A stretch of DNA of 61,102 nucleotides, the filler included, from Sphacelaria rigidula (lineage: Eukaryota), in assembly GCA_964200075.2 (NCBI GenBank). It is 6 parts of 6 records of this genome, joined end to end, with 100 filler letters (N's around TTAATTAATTAA, not from the genome) between each part and the next. Parts side by side here need not be neighbours in the genome. Positions count along the whole stretch, not along the records: positions 10,202 to 20,302 come from CAXNAA020007140.1; positions 20,403 to 30,503 come from CAXNAA020007141.1; 4 more parts are not named here. One strand, written 5' to 3'. Positions 13,336 to 26,200 of the stretch are shown here, piece by piece; position 1 is the first letter of the stretch, and every line of letters begins with the position of its first letter. The position numbers and the translations under genes are program-made. The notes under the pieces were generated by a model, which was not told where the DNA came from, made no database searches, and saw only the letters and a list, made by a program, of their open reading frames with translations.

Positions 13336-15014
13336 AGTGGTGAAGCCACGGCTGACGCGAGTGGCAGCAGTGCTGCAGGCATCAATGACACAGGTGTCAC
13401 ACCCGTGGAGGTTTTGAAAAAAATGACAAATAACAAAAATTGGCCCCGACATTCACCATAATTCATCAGTAGCAGCAGACAGGGGCTTCCAACCCCACGG
13501 CTAACCGTAACCACAACGAAAGAACAAAAGAGGCCTGTCGTGTTGGCGCTAACCCGACAGCGCTACATTCATGAAGAACCTATCCCGAAGAAGGAAAGAT
13601 AAAACCGAGTAGAATGGCGCCCCGTCTCTCATCTGGTCCCCTACCGGAGGTACAGTAATATCTCCTCAGGGCGTGCCTTGGACCACGTATGTTGAGGTGA
13701 CCACTTATCAGGTCGTTTTTTTTTTTCCCACCGCACGTTCGCTAAGACACGCCGATAGATAAGCATCACTTTTGAAAATTGATTGCCCCAAGGTCGACCG
13801 GTTTTCAGTCTGATCGAGAAGCATTTTTGTCCAGGTTAGGGTTGCACACCAATATCGAAGAAGGGTTGACTAAGTTGCATGTACGAAAATAAAATAGGCG
13901 TTTCCGTCGTATAACGCCATCTTTTTGCCTGCGGCGTGCGGGAGCAAATGATGGACCTACTCAAGTCGGCGATACACGGCTACAGCAGATGCAAACAGCC
14001 TTGTCCACACATGGCAGTAGCAGCACACAACAGACCGCACGCCACACAGCACAGCAGTAAAGCTGTACGCTCAGGGTTACACGCAACTCTACATCATGAG
14101 TGGCGCGGTCAGTCGTGGTGCAGGTGCTGCACCCGCCACCGGCAATTCAGCATCGGAGTGTTCTCCCTGACTTGACAACAGTCAAGAACAATGTTTTCGT
14201 GAGATTGAGAGTAGAGCGTTGATTGAGAGTGGGTTTCATCATTCGCTTCGAAACTTGACCATTTTTTTAATTCCGTGTGCTTTTCTTTGCCTCTAGCGCT
14301 GGCATGTGCTCATAGCTACACGTCGATATTCTACTCAGGGATGTCAGGGGCTTCAGTGGCAAACTACTACAGAAAGCGTATCTGGTCTCGCAGAGGGGCC
14401 TTTCGGAACTGAAACTATTCATTCATTAATGGACCGCCTCTCACTCCCAATTGTATCCTCTACTTACTCTCAATCTCACGAAAACATTGTTTTATGTGGA
14501 AATACAACCGACTCTGCCTTGCCGATGGCATTGTTCATTTTTAATGTCAAGGGTATAGGGTGTCTTGAAACACTGCTTGCAGGGCACTGGTTCCGTGTCG
14601 AGTGTCTCAGGTACCTACCAGCAGCCCGGGCAAGTTTGGCAAGGCGTGAGATATTGTTGCTACTTTGGCTTCCGGCTGTCGCTACCGTGCGCTCGTGTGC
14701 ATGTGTGCGAGCGTGGCCTGCATCCGAGGTCATCACGAGAGAGCGGGCAAGGAGCACAAGCAAATATACGAATGTCGCGAAGCCCACCAGACTTTTCGAT
14801 TTTTGTTCGTGTTCCTTGATCGATTTCTTCAACAATATTGCACAAAATAAATCGCAAAAATCATGACATTTTCCAAAAATTGCTGTCCGACAGGGGGTGG
14901 GGGGGAAGACTACGTGTCCGGAAAAATTCTCACGGCAGATCCTTGCTGACACTTTCGAAATAACCTACTGATTTAACCAAGCCAAGTCATCATCCTCAGT
15001 TGGTTAAGGTCCTC

Positions 15015-15836
15015 CTTATCGAATGGGATTTTCCCATTTTTTTAAATCCCCTTTTTGAAAGATGATCGCTGGTTGGTCGCTGCGATACCACCCCCCCCGA
15101 AACAAAATCCTCAAAACGTGCCTAGAAACCCCCTTTTTTGGAGGGGATTTCACGAACATTTCCTGAAATCTCCTTCTGAACAGGAGATTTCCGGACACCT
15201 CCAAGGGGAACATACATGACCAGTTGACAGGGGCACATGCAAAAGCTTTAAGCTTACCATACAACCCAACAAAATGGAGGTGAATCCGAGGAACTTGGTG
15301 CCTCCCGCAAACCAAAAACATTAAGCTCGAGCTGTGGCTGCTCATCAGCTGAGCACGTTGTGCGTGAACTGGCTCGAACCTGTTCAGAATTCATTGAGAA
15401 ATGATGGTTTATGTGGGACGCGCGCATAGCACACGCTTGCAAACGGTCAGCAACGACGCATTCTCGGTCGTTTTTGACACGCACGCGGCCGCCATTAGTC
15501 CAGTATAGAACGGATTTCCGTCAAACAAAGACTGCTGCGTGTAGATTAGCAAGGGCTAGCAGTGGAACTGATATAGTGTCAGTGGTGGATATCTGTGCGT
15601 GTTTTTCGGGGCTGGGTGGGTAGGTGCCATGTTGCCTTGTTGCGTCTTGCCTGTAGCATTGCAGAGACCTTGGACTAGCGACCACTTCCAGACCCGCCGC
15701 ATTTCTGAACCTGCGTGCGGATCTGGGGTTCGATCTGTACAAGACTTCTTCTCGATAGGACTCACAACTGGTCGTTGTGGGGACAATCCCCTTTCAGAAG
15801 GCAACGTTAAAAAAGAGGAAAATCCCCTCCGATAAG
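15015..15836. mobile_element. Non-autonomous TIR element (~820 bp)
   Basis: cttatcgaatgggattttcccatttttttaa (15015-15045) versus ttaaaaaagaggaaaatcccctccgataag (15807-15836): imperfect ~30-bp inverted termini; no TSD identified. Confidence 0.55.
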
Positions 15837-15894
15837 ATGCCATTATGGCGACCTCAACATCACGGATGTACAGCTGTATAACATTAGTTACATA

Positions 15895-16451
15895 CAGTAG
15901 TGGGCGGTCTAACTATCCATTTTGTGGCATTTTGTGATATTTTCGTATTTGGCGATTTTCTTGGGTTCTTTTCGCTTGCCACCGCTCATCACATTGGGGA
16001 TCTGAAGATACTTGTATCCGCTCCACATTCCACGAAAAAAAAACATCTGTACTCGATATTGAGTGGCTTACGGGCTGACCGGTCATAGGGGGTCCTGCCA
16101 CGTTTCAGCCCAGGTTCTTACTCTTCCGTATTTTCGGCCGATCGTGCCTGTCCCGATTATGTTTGTGAAGAAATGTACAGTTTTATTTTTTTGAAATTCC
16201 ACCTACTCATTGCACTATTTAAATAAAGCCAAAAATATGTGTTTTACGGTCAATAACACCCTCCTGATAAACGGGATAGTTCCTCGTACCGCCCGATAAC
16301 ACCAATTAACACTGACTTGGGCACTGTGTTTCGAGGATAATCTGTTCATTGTAGCAAAATCTATCGACGCTAGCAATTTCGAGTTCTATCGAAGGGTAGT
16401 ACGCGAGGAAAACCCCAAAACACCCCTGAATAGTTAGACCGCCTATTACTA
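15895..16451. mobile_element. Tc1/mariner-type MITE (557 bp)
   Basis: TA|cagtagtgggcggtctaactat ... atagttagaccgcctattacta|TA: 22-bp TIR with 3 mismatches and a TA target duplication. Confidence 0.8.
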
Positions 16452-16748
16452 TATGTGATCGTGTACGCTGCATCGCCGCGCCCCGGTGGTCTGTCCAAGT
16501 GTAACATTTTGAACCATGAAAGGCAGAATGCGCAGGATTCAAATCCTAGCCGACGCGGTGCAGGGTTGCTGATCCAACACAGGCACGTACCGGGGGCGAA
16601 CAGGGGTTGATCTCTTGGGTCTACGGAATCATCCCGAGGAAGGGGAGGGGGGATAAAAAGCATGACCAACACACAAAACAGAGTATATAATAATTGGCTG
16701 TAAAAGAGCGAGGGCGCAGACGACTACACAGTGGACGAGGTGATCAAT

Positions 16749-16950
16749 AGGCGATCCCCCAAAATGGGATTTTCCTGTGGGAACGAACGGAGGTTGAAAT
16801 TGGACATGATCTTGAACCTATTATAGTACCTACCCGTCAAAGGTGGCCTTCGAGGCTCGTGCGACGGGTACTAGCTCCAATATCGTACACAAGTTCGATC
16901 TCAGTTTGTTCCGACAGAAAAAATCTCCTTCCCAATTGTCAGGATCGCCT
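16749..16950. repeat. Degenerate fold-back (~85-bp arms), probably an old MITE
   Basis: aggcgatcc...ggaacgaacggaggttgaaattg...tagtacc versus ggtactag...caagttcgatctcagtttgttcc...ggatcgcct. Confidence 0.6.
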
Positions 16951-17089
16951 GCTAGTCGGCGTTGAACCCAGACGAATAATGATCATTGAACACCCCGGTG
17001 AAAGGTGTTGGATGTCATCTTGACAAAAAACGACATGCAAACATGACACCCCCCAAGCCCTGCAAAATGTATCAACGCTGACATATCAC

Positions 17090-17291
17090 CCGTCCGCCCT
17101 TTGCTCGAGCAGCCACCGTAGACGATGCTCCCATAGCAGCCCACAGTCCCAGCTCCAGCACTGGCTTTGCCAGCGAGGTCCAAGGCGGCTCCCCAGAACG
17201 TTCCGCGATAGTGACGATGCTTGAAACCGGCAGACGCTCTGGCCTTCGGGAGAGGTTGTCGAGGAGAGCTGTTACTGGTGTAGAGTGGCGC
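17090..17291 (-). CDS. FANCI: FANCI-like protein, fourth visible exon (RHSTPVTALLDNL...PPWTSLAKPVLELGLWAAMG...)
   Basis: aacag acceptor and gtgata donor; 202 nt, phase 2 to 0; W..L...vlELG...M recalls FANCI WDHVTQGLVELGFILMD. Confidence 0.65.
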
Positions 17292-17444
17292 CTGTTGAGC
17301 AGTAACAACAACAACCCTGCGGTACAACAGGCAGTAAGAGGGCGTAGAGTACAGGCAGTGAGGTGATGCGGGAGGGTGCGGAGAGAAAAAAGGACCGTGG
17401 CGATCGAAACGGTTCCGAGAAGGATATAGCGTCGGAGAGTCGGG

Positions 17445-17656
17445 CTGGGGGGGGCGTACTCATTTGTTGCTTGCCTTAGTCGTTTGACCATTGACCACGC
17501 ATCCCTTTCGAGACGGAGCACCGTTCCTACTCCTAATAGAGACACCTCCAACATTCTGCGTCGGGCGTGGGGGTGGGGGGGCGTACTTATTTGTTGCTTG
17601 CCTTCATCGTTTGACCATTGACCACGCATCCCTTCTGAGACGAAGCAGAGCAAGCT
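17445..17656 (-). repeat. Two copies of the poly-C core motif, subtype 1 (GGATGCGTGGTCAATGGTCA..CGACTAAGGCAAGCAACAAATGAGTACGCCCCC)
   Basis: Near-identical to the copies at 20403, 40804 and 51004. Confidence 0.9.
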
Positions 17657-18030
17657 GGGGAGGCGGGGAGGGAAGAAGACTGGATCATGACAACACCAAT
17701 GCGGACAGGGATAACGACAGCAGTGGCTACAGCTATGATGAGTGAAGATCGCAACAAGTCAGCATGTTGCTTAGACACTTGTAATTTCTACGTGCACTCA
17801 ATGCGACAGCTCGGACAGACGCAGTATGGACACGCCTGCTATGTCACACTCCCGACAAAAAGAAGGCACGCCGATGGCGTGAGGTTAGTTCATTGAGTAG
17901 ACAGCACCCAGTAGGCGAATTTCGGAGCAACTACTAAAAATCCGCGAAATCATATATACTGCAGGTAGATTGATTTTCGCATGAGAACTGGTTCGCTACG
18001 GATTCAGCCGTGGCCACAAGTTGAATGTAC

Positions 18031-18073
18031 CCAAGGTGGATGAGCCAAAGCAATAAGGCTTGCCAAAGGAAAC
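18031..18073 (-). CDS. FANCI: FANCI-like protein, third visible exon (43-nt mini-exon, G-FLWQALLLWLIHL-G)
   Basis: ttctcag acceptor and gtacat donor; phase 1 to 2 exactly bridges the neighbouring exons; recalls FANCI FSIALLLSVTRIQR. Confidence 0.6.
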
Positions 18074-18157
18074 CTGAGAACGGGGGGGGCGAGGGGGGGG
18101 GCGAGAAACAATGAAGTAGAGAATAGAATGACTCGAAGGGAAGAAAAAAGAGAACGA

Positions 18158-18222
18158 AAGCAAAGCAAAGCAAAGCAAAGCAAAGCAAAGTGATAGCAAA
18201 GTGATAGCAAAGTGATAGCAAA
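18158..18222. repeat. Compound (CAAAG)n and (GTGATAGCAAA)3 simple repeat
   Basis: Direct reading. Confidence 0.85.
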
Positions 18223-18333
18223 GAGAAGAGAGGGAGGGAAATAAAAGAAGAAAATACTACTTTTACACTTCTACAGCAGGAAAAAACAAAGTATCGTCTG
18301 CGCGTGCGCTCCTCCTGTCACAACCCTGCTCAC

Positions 18334-18523
18334 CAATAACGTCCAGCTTGCTCAGCACATTATTACTGTCACGACCGTTCCATGCATCATTCTCGTCATC
18401 TCCATCCGCTCGCCCACCACCGCCACCACCACCCGAGTCGTCTCTGCTGCATCCCGAACCAGAGGTTCCGCGAGGCAACGCCAAACTATCCGTTACAGAG
18501 GCGAGGAACGCCCTCGCAACGCT
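18334..18523 (-). CDS. FANCI: FANCI-like protein, second visible exon (SVARAFLASVTDSL...LSKLDVIG)
   Basis: caccag acceptor and gtgagc donor; 190 nt, phase 0 to 1. Confidence 0.7.
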
Positions 18524-19498
18524 CTGGTGCAGATTGTTCAAAGAAGATGCGGCAGGTGCAAGAAGGGGGGGAGTACCAGATTTCTTAAACGAAAGTACAG
18601 TACAACACGGCGAGCATCACCAGTACGTTGTATATCACCCCCTAATGACCCCCCTTCCCGCGTGATGAGTTTCACTCCGGGGTTGGTATACCATAAATCG
18701 CATTGCCCACGGGTAGAATATGCTGATACAAGGATGTAGCCCGTCGCGACATGGTGACCTAATGATACAGCTGACACCAATACTGCAGGGTGGACAGAAC
18801 GCGGGCTTCATTACTACCAGACGCCTGAGGGCTTCTCTCTTGGAAGGATCCGATTTCCATCGTTGAAGGGCGTGAAGACGTTTCGTTTCACTGAGTGAGT
18901 TTGACTAGAGTCAACGCGGTGCGGAAGTGTTGATGGTCATGATCCAATCCGCGAGTCCAAAATACTATGCGTGTACCGGGGGACTGAGAGAGATGAACTG
19001 ATCCCTTAACTTTGAGATCTCGAACTCGTCCCGAGGACGGAAAGGGTTTGAAATGTGAAGATGAGAAGAAAAAAAAAAGTGGAAGAATGTTTCAGTGAGT
19101 TAGGGGATTGTGCTGGAATTGGTGTCTTCGCACGCTGACTAGCCGGGGCTGTCTACTAAGCCATCAGCCACGCACTCTCGAGGGGGTGGAGACTCGCCCC
19201 TCCAGGTTGTGGGCGGCAATGTTGTATTGAGGTCCTGTCAGTAATCTGGTACCGTACATCATTGGCCTTGCGTGGTCGAGAGATCGAAGTATTGATGGCG
19301 AGCGGTGGTGATGCCTTCAATCTGTCATCTGTTACGTCCAAGCCTAGAGAGGACAGCAGCTGTCCCTATTTCTACGGGAACGATCAGACATGATTAATCG
19401 CCGAGAGGCGGAGGGGGCGGGGTTGGCGGGGGGAAACGGGAGGGGTTACAGTATGGCTAAGAGATTATGCACAGATGCATTCGTAAAAGATGGCGGAC

Positions 19499-19594
19499 CT
19501 CGTTGATGGAGAAGGCGTCGGCCAGAACGTCCACCAAAACGGCCAGCGACGAGGTATCCAGCCCGGCGCACTCCGCCCGTACCTTGGACACGAC
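19499..19594 (-). CDS. FANCI: FANCI-like protein, first visible exon (VVSKVRAECAGLDTSSLAVLVDVLADAFSINE)
   Basis: aag acceptor and GAG|gtccgc donor; 96 nt, phase 0/0; GC-rich codons; joins 18523 in frame. Confidence 0.65.
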
Positions 19595-20302
19595 CTTTCA
19601 CAGTTATTTTTTTCACCAAGAGAATATACAGTGAAACAAAAAACGAGAAAACAAAAAAAGTGTATGCATGAGACTTGTTGGCGGAACGTAAAAAAACACT
19701 CTACAAAGACTATTATATAATAGAATCAGAGAAAACAGAGCGGCGAATTTTAACCTCGACACTAAAGCAGCACATACATTTGATGTGTATCCGGTTAGGC
19801 ATTCCGCGCAGCACGCACATAAAGATCAGCATCACACTCTATTTATGGACAAAACTGTCTATACTGTCGGCTTCACGGCAAACTCTTCTCAGTGAAATAT
19901 GAACACACGAAAGCGGCGGCCTAAAGCGTCGTTATTCAATTCGAAGCGGCCACGGACATTCAGCAGCAACATGAGGGAAAACGGTAAAAACGTACTGAAC
20001 TCCTTGAGCGAGGAGATTTCGGGATCTTTACCGCAAGAATATTTCCACACTGAAATCACGTCACGACCGTCCTTTTTTTAAACATCACACCAGCCGTGTC
20101 ATGAGCGTTTGCATTGGCACACACGGATACTACATAGTAATTACGTAGCAGTCCGAGGGTTAACGCTCCCTTCATGGCCAAAACAAAACACGTGGGCTTT
20201 ACAATGTTATACCGCGGAAAACAGTAGTTGCCCCCCCTTCCCCTTGGCCCCCGGCTACACCGCCCTCCCCCGCGCACGGCAGTGTCAAAGACAGGGCCGA
20301 TG

Positions 20303-20402
20303 NNNNNNNNNNNNNNNNNNNNNNNNNNNNNNNNNNNNNNNNNNNNTTAATTAATTAANNNNNNNNNNNNNNNNNNNNNNNNNNNNNNNNNNNNNNNNNN
20401 NN
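20303..20402. other. Artificial contig linker
   Basis: N run with central TTAATTAATTAA. Confidence 0.98.
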
Positions 20403-20463
20403 GGGGGGGGGGTACTCATTTGTTGCTTGCCTTAGTTGTGTGACCATTGACCACGCATCCCTG
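20403..20463 (-). repeat. Poly-C core motif, subtype 1, at fragment start
   Basis: ggggggggggtactcatttgttgcttgccttagttgtgtgaccattgaccacgcatccc. Confidence 0.9.
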
Positions 20464-20876
20464 AGGGGGGGCTTTCTTGGTATTTTCAGGAAAAAACAAT
20501 AACAAAAGTCAAAACACCCTCGCTGAAAATGCCATGGGCCAAACAATTGTAGGAGTAAGCAGTCAAGTGGAAAAGGTATATGGGAAAATACTTGGAACCC
20601 GCGTGCTGATGCTCACCCTCAACTCTCCCAACTAAACACAGGAAGTACCCCCTGTTTGCCTGCCGAAGAGAGTAGTATGTCAAATGGCAGGGACGCTCGA
20701 CAACAGAGAGGGGATCGACAAAGAAACTTTGACGGGAGAAGGAGAGGAAGATCAGCGAAGAGCGTCAAAAAGACCACGACACAAGGACAGCTGCCCCCAT
20801 GCTACACGTCCGCCGAACTTCTGCACGTAACATGGTACCTCTGCGCCGTGAGGAGTTCTAGGCACGCGCTTTTTAA

Positions 20877-21132
20877 CCCTTTTGGAACCGTTGATGGGCA
20901 TGTGACGATTCACAAACTGCCCTGTGCGAGCTTTAGTCAGCGGGAAAACGTCACTTCGAGGTCGGTGCACCAATCTGTCACATTAGTATACTTGAACTCC
21001 GAGTGGTGCACCGTTTGGGTGGGCTGCATCATCAACATCATCATCAACACTTGCAGAACAACAACCATAATGTCTTGCCCAAGAAAACGTCAATTGTAAA
21101 TCGTCACTTTTCCACCAACGATTCCAAAAGGG
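20877..21132. mobile_element. piggyBac-like MITE (256 bp)
   Basis: TTAA|cccttttggaaccgttg ... caacgattccaaaaggg|TCAA; same terminus as 40929-41046. Confidence 0.7.
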
Positions 21133-21469
21133 TCAAGCATTCTTTCCCTCGCTCGGGTTGTGTTGATTCATCCACAGGCGCCGCAAGAGCAAAACTTGAA
21201 CTGACGTATGCAACCACGTGTACTACTGCCGATATATATATATATATATATTTATGTGTACATGGGCGATACTGCTGCTGCTGTTCTCGCGGGCATCACG
21301 CTGCGCCAGGGATTGAAGAGAAGATGAAGTAAACCGTGCTCCATGCTTACCATTAGTGATTTCAGACTCTTTCAACTAACTCCAACGCGCACGCATCGTC
21401 GACTACGGGATGACGGTAACGTCAGGTAAAACGTTTAATGAAATACCCACTCATTATGCACGGACTGAG

Positions 21470-22105
21470 TGCTTGCACCGCGTGGACTTCCGTCACGACC
21501 TTGGGGTCCATGATGAGGAACGCCGCCGGTCGGCTCTCCGCGAACACGAAGGTGCAGGACGATTCCCGCACTCTGGTTGAACAGTAACCCCACCTGACTC
21601 CTCCGCGCTAGGGGATCATACCCCCCCCGTGTACATGACGCCGATTTACATTTGAATACAGCAACCTTACCTGACTCTTCCGCGCTAGGGGATGATGACC
21701 CTCCGTGTACATGACGCCGAATCACATTTAAATAACTTAAATGTGATTCGGCGTCATGTACACGGAGGGTCTTCATCCCCTAGCGCGGAAGAGTCAGGTG
21801 GGGATGCCGTTCAACCAGAGTGTGGGAATCTATCTACCCCTTCGTGTTCGCGGAGAGCCGACCGGCGGCGTTCTTCATAGTGGATCCTGAGGTCGTGACG
21901 GAAGTCCACGCAAATTAAATGTGAATGGGCGTCATGCACATGGAGGGTTATCATCCGCTAGCGCGAAGAAGTCAGGTAGGGTCACTGTCCAACCAGAGTG
22001 TGGGAATCGTTCTACCCCTTCGTGCTCACGGACCGGCCGCCCGGCGGCGTTTCTCCTCAACATGGACCCCGAGGCCGTGACGGAAGTCCACGCCGTGCAA
22101 GCAAT
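21470..22105. repeat. Compound palindrome built from a ~175-bp unit, with a near-perfect 63-bp central stem (21669-21731/21737-21799)
   Basis: One mismatch in the central stem, 5-nt loop; outer left unit pairs with two tandem right units (21737-21910, 21914-22105). Confidence 0.95.
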
Positions 22106-23217
22106 ATGCCTTTACATCGCAGGTGAATATTTTATTGAACGTTTCACCTGGAGTTACCGTTATCCTGTAGTCGACAATGCGTGTCCTTTGAAGCGTGTGG
22201 GGAAAAATAATGAACAAGATACGCATGGATAAGATTAGGGCCATAGTAATCGAGATTCTTATTTCATACGTTTGGAATAAGATCGTACGAAACCGGATAT
22301 TCAGGACGAAACATCTCACGTTCCTGACGATCCAGGGAGGTCTGAAATCGTCCGATGCTAACTTTTAGGGCAGTGTGACAGAATTAATGCTACTTCCCGA
22401 AAAATTTGGGCAGTATTACCCCAGGTCGGGCTCCAGAGCAGTCTGTGCCCCTTGTAAATACTTGGTGCTTGACGGTGTTGGAGAGTTGGTCGGTGCTAAG
22501 ATTTTCAATTTGGCACAGAGTATCGCAGGGAAACATATGATGGCAGGGTATTCCTCGGTGACGCTTTGCTTGATGGTGCGAAACCCATTGGTATTGGCAG
22601 ACGACGATACTCTTTCGGTGGCACATGGTTTTCCTTTATTTGGTAGTACGACCTTCGGCAGAACCGGTAAGCTCAAATGTGTCGGAAAATTTTCGGTGTT
22701 ATCGCAACGTGGCGGGCGGTTTCCCCCCAGTTAACGGATTTTATTTGGTTTGATGGTAACGTCAACGGTAACACAACTCGAATGTGGCGGTAATTTTTCG
22801 GTTGTATCACAACTTGGCGGGTGGTTTGTCGGCGGTAAACGGATAATATGTTTTTGACGATAACGTCAACGGTGAACTCAAACATTGCTGCGGTTATGTT
22901 TTGGTCGAATCTTGTTTTCATTTTTTCCGCGGTAACATGTTCTGTGTCTCCAAATTCGGGGGTACTTTCACGGGGGTGTACGAGCATGTATGGTATCCTT
23001 TATTCCGACCGCAATTTTGAACATGAAATACACCCTTCTGGCGTTTGATACAACATTGCGGAAGAGTCATACTACGATAGGGGGGGTACTCATGATACTG
23101 CTTTGTATCGTTTTAGATCAAATTCAAGCGCACCGCGAGTGTGGCAGGTCGTCTGACACACTCACGACCCTCGTTTTTCGTGTAGCCAACCCCCCCCCCC
23201 CTCCCCCCTTGTCGTAG

Positions 23218-26200
23218 GATGACTCCGAAGCGTTGGCGGATACGGTTAGCTGCCATGTACAGAGATCTTTGGCATGGGGACCGCTGAGATGGTGAACACG
23301 CCGCCCACACAAGCTCATCTTCAGCAGTTCCCTCTACAAGCGAAGGCTCCGATGTATCTTCTGGAGCGGCCGCTGCCCCACTCGTCGCCCATCTCGCGGC
23401 TTGGTGTGAGGAACTAGGCTGGGTGTGCCGCACGTGCGAGCATATGTTCGGCAAGAACGCTGTGCACGATTCCCAAGAAGAGGTACTGAAAAACCATGAA
23501 GGAAGGAAAAGACAGGGTGAGTGGCGTTAGGGTTGTTAACCTCGAACGATGATCTGAGACTGAACGTCAATAGCAAAGATCAAGGCTGTGTGGTTTGTTT
23601 TCAGAAATGGTTGAGAGAAGCCAAGCACCCGCGCATACATACACGAATGCTGAATCCACCCCCTCTTTTGTACACGACTATGTGATGGCCAAATTGCTTG
23701 CAAGAACTGATGTAATATACGGCTTTCGACGGTAAGGTCCGATGTCAGAACTGGACGAAAAGGTAATTTAGAGAGAGCTGTCTTGTTTCTGGCTTTTGTT
23801 GGGATGGTCAGGGCGTGTCGTAGGCCGTGTCTTAATCATTCTCTATCGACTCGAAAACGTTAAAACGGACAAGGCATGCAATGCAAAGCTGCACAGTCGA
23901 TATTGCGAGAATCGTGAATAGTGTGCGAGAAGAGTTCACGAGCGCGGTGCCATACATCACCCTGTACAGCGACAATAGGATAGTACAGTTCATACGGCAG
24001 CACAGTGCAGTATTAGTATAGCCATCGCCGCAAGGTAGGGTATCACCGCTTATTATCCGCTTGTCGAACGCCGTGTGACGCTTCTCCAGCGGCTGGCGCG
24101 GCCATGCACGCCCTGCGCTGTTACGAGACTCTCTGCTGCTGCGGTCGTAAAACAAATTCGCCTATTGCCCATCACTCCACGTCAATATACGTGTTCACCT
24201 TCCTCCAAATCCGTCGTACCTCAACTTTCCCCCGATTTTTGCGACAATGGTTCTCGAATGGTAACATCCCGATATTGGCTTCCCCGATTTGGCCCGGGTT
24301 GGGATCCATATAATGCGTTTCCCCATTCTAGCTCCTTCGATTTGCGTACAAATCGAGTTCAGTGACTGCTATTAAAATTGTTCTTGGGAATATGGCAATG
24401 TGTCTGGTCGACAATTCCGCCCCCCCCCCAGAAAATTCAGTTATGAGTAGACCCCTGACGTTGTGTTTCAGAAGAAGCTGTTTTTTTCGCGGCAACGAAG
24501 TACCTGCAGTAGGCCGAACCTCCCTGCCCCTGCACACACCTTCACAGATCTGTGGCCCATAATAGGGTGTACTCTCCGTTTGACGAACTTACACCACAGA
24601 AGGTATGCCTCCTCACTGCTCTCCCTGTCTCTGTCTCCGTCCCCCCTAAATACCACAGACTCAGCGTACATATCGACACAGTGCAGCAGGGGCTCGAAAA
24701 ATCTGTACTAATATCTCGTGCTTTTTTAACCTGCGCCATCAAACTGAGAAGGCTGAGAGCACGTGGAGTTTGTAGAATGAGATTTGGGGAGAAGCACAAC
24801 CTGAACGACCATTCCTCTCTTGTTCACGTTCTCTCTTCGCAGCGCTGTGCTCAGGTTGGCCGATGCGGCACGTACGCCACCACGCCGAACTCGGGAGTTG
24901 CCAGTAGCAAAAATAGCGACGGGGAGCAGTTTGGGCTATGGATCTGCAAGTGCGGCAAACACCTGAAAAACGTTGACGTCTTGACGGGAAAATGCATCGC
25001 TCGGCACATGGACGGCGTACATCACAGGTAAGGTTGGTGGTATCCTTGCTATGTCCGGTGTACAGACTTGATTGCCGCCAGCAACACGTCGTATTTTGTT
25101 CATGCAGGTGGCCTTTTAGTTGCGTAAGCTGTCGAAGCACGTAATGTTGCGTATTGCTGCTCCAGAATTGTTTCATTTGTTGGGTGCTACGCTCGACTAC
25201 GACTTGATGCCGCGATACATCGTGTGCCGTTGTAGCCGCTTATTCCAGTCCCCCCTTGCGTCATTTGCAATCTTCCATCGCTGGCTCCAGGACCGGGACA
25301 TCTGGAGATGAGATTAGATGAAGCAGAGTTCGTTACTGTCTTTGGCGAAAATAAGGCCCCAGGAAGTAGCGTGGCCGGCTACTGATCCGGCGATGGGGGC
25401 GCCGCAGGCGGGGCCTCCCTTGCTCGCCAGCGAAGAGGAGTGCGGCACCGTTCCTGCGCCGGCGATGAAGGCGCCGCAAGCAGGGCCTCCCTTGCTCACC
25501 AGCGACGAGTAGAGCGGCACCGCTCATGCGGGTGGGACATAATCGATGGGAGGCTTTGGTGACGATGAATGCGAAGTGGTGAATGCACCAACGCGGTCGT
25601 CGTTACCATCGCCAGCATCGTCCACGTCCACCCAACCAGCGTGTCGCGGGTTCATACTGCAGTTGGAGCATCCAATGGCCATGAGTTGGCCCTTCGGCAT
25701 GGTGAGCGCTCGTTAACCTTGGGCAATGGTCGTTCGTGAAGGGATTCTGGTGTTCGCCAGGAGCGTTGAAGGAGATCAAGCGACGGCGGAGTGCATGGTG
25801 ACTGTTGCACGCGACGAAGAGACCTGCATCAGCTGCAAAACCCTCAAAGACAACACGCTTCTCAAGGGTGAGGTGCAACAACGTAGGTGGTGTTCGCCAG
25901 GAGCGTTGAAGGAGATCAAACGACGCTCGCTCAGCTCTGTCGAGTCCACGTTCCGGGCGTGCGTCAAGGTGCGAACAACGCCGAACTGGTTTTCTAGTCC
26001 ATTAGTCTCAGCCATCGACAGGTACAGCTTTTCGTTCGGACAGCGACGCTGCACTGCCGCCGACTTGAACGTTAGCCCTGATGATCGCCTGCATGTCATG
26101 GTAAAGCTGCCCCGGTGCAAAGCTGGTCCTGTTCGCCCTGTACAAAATCCCTGAATTGGCCCTTCGGTATGGTGAGCGCTCGTCAACTTTGGGAAACAGT

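Noticed and set aside
18538-19344. Additional FANCI-like exons (~18640-18782, ~19200-19343)
   Set aside because: Acceptor-like sites exist, but the flanking exons already join in frame and these blocks add no homologous motif
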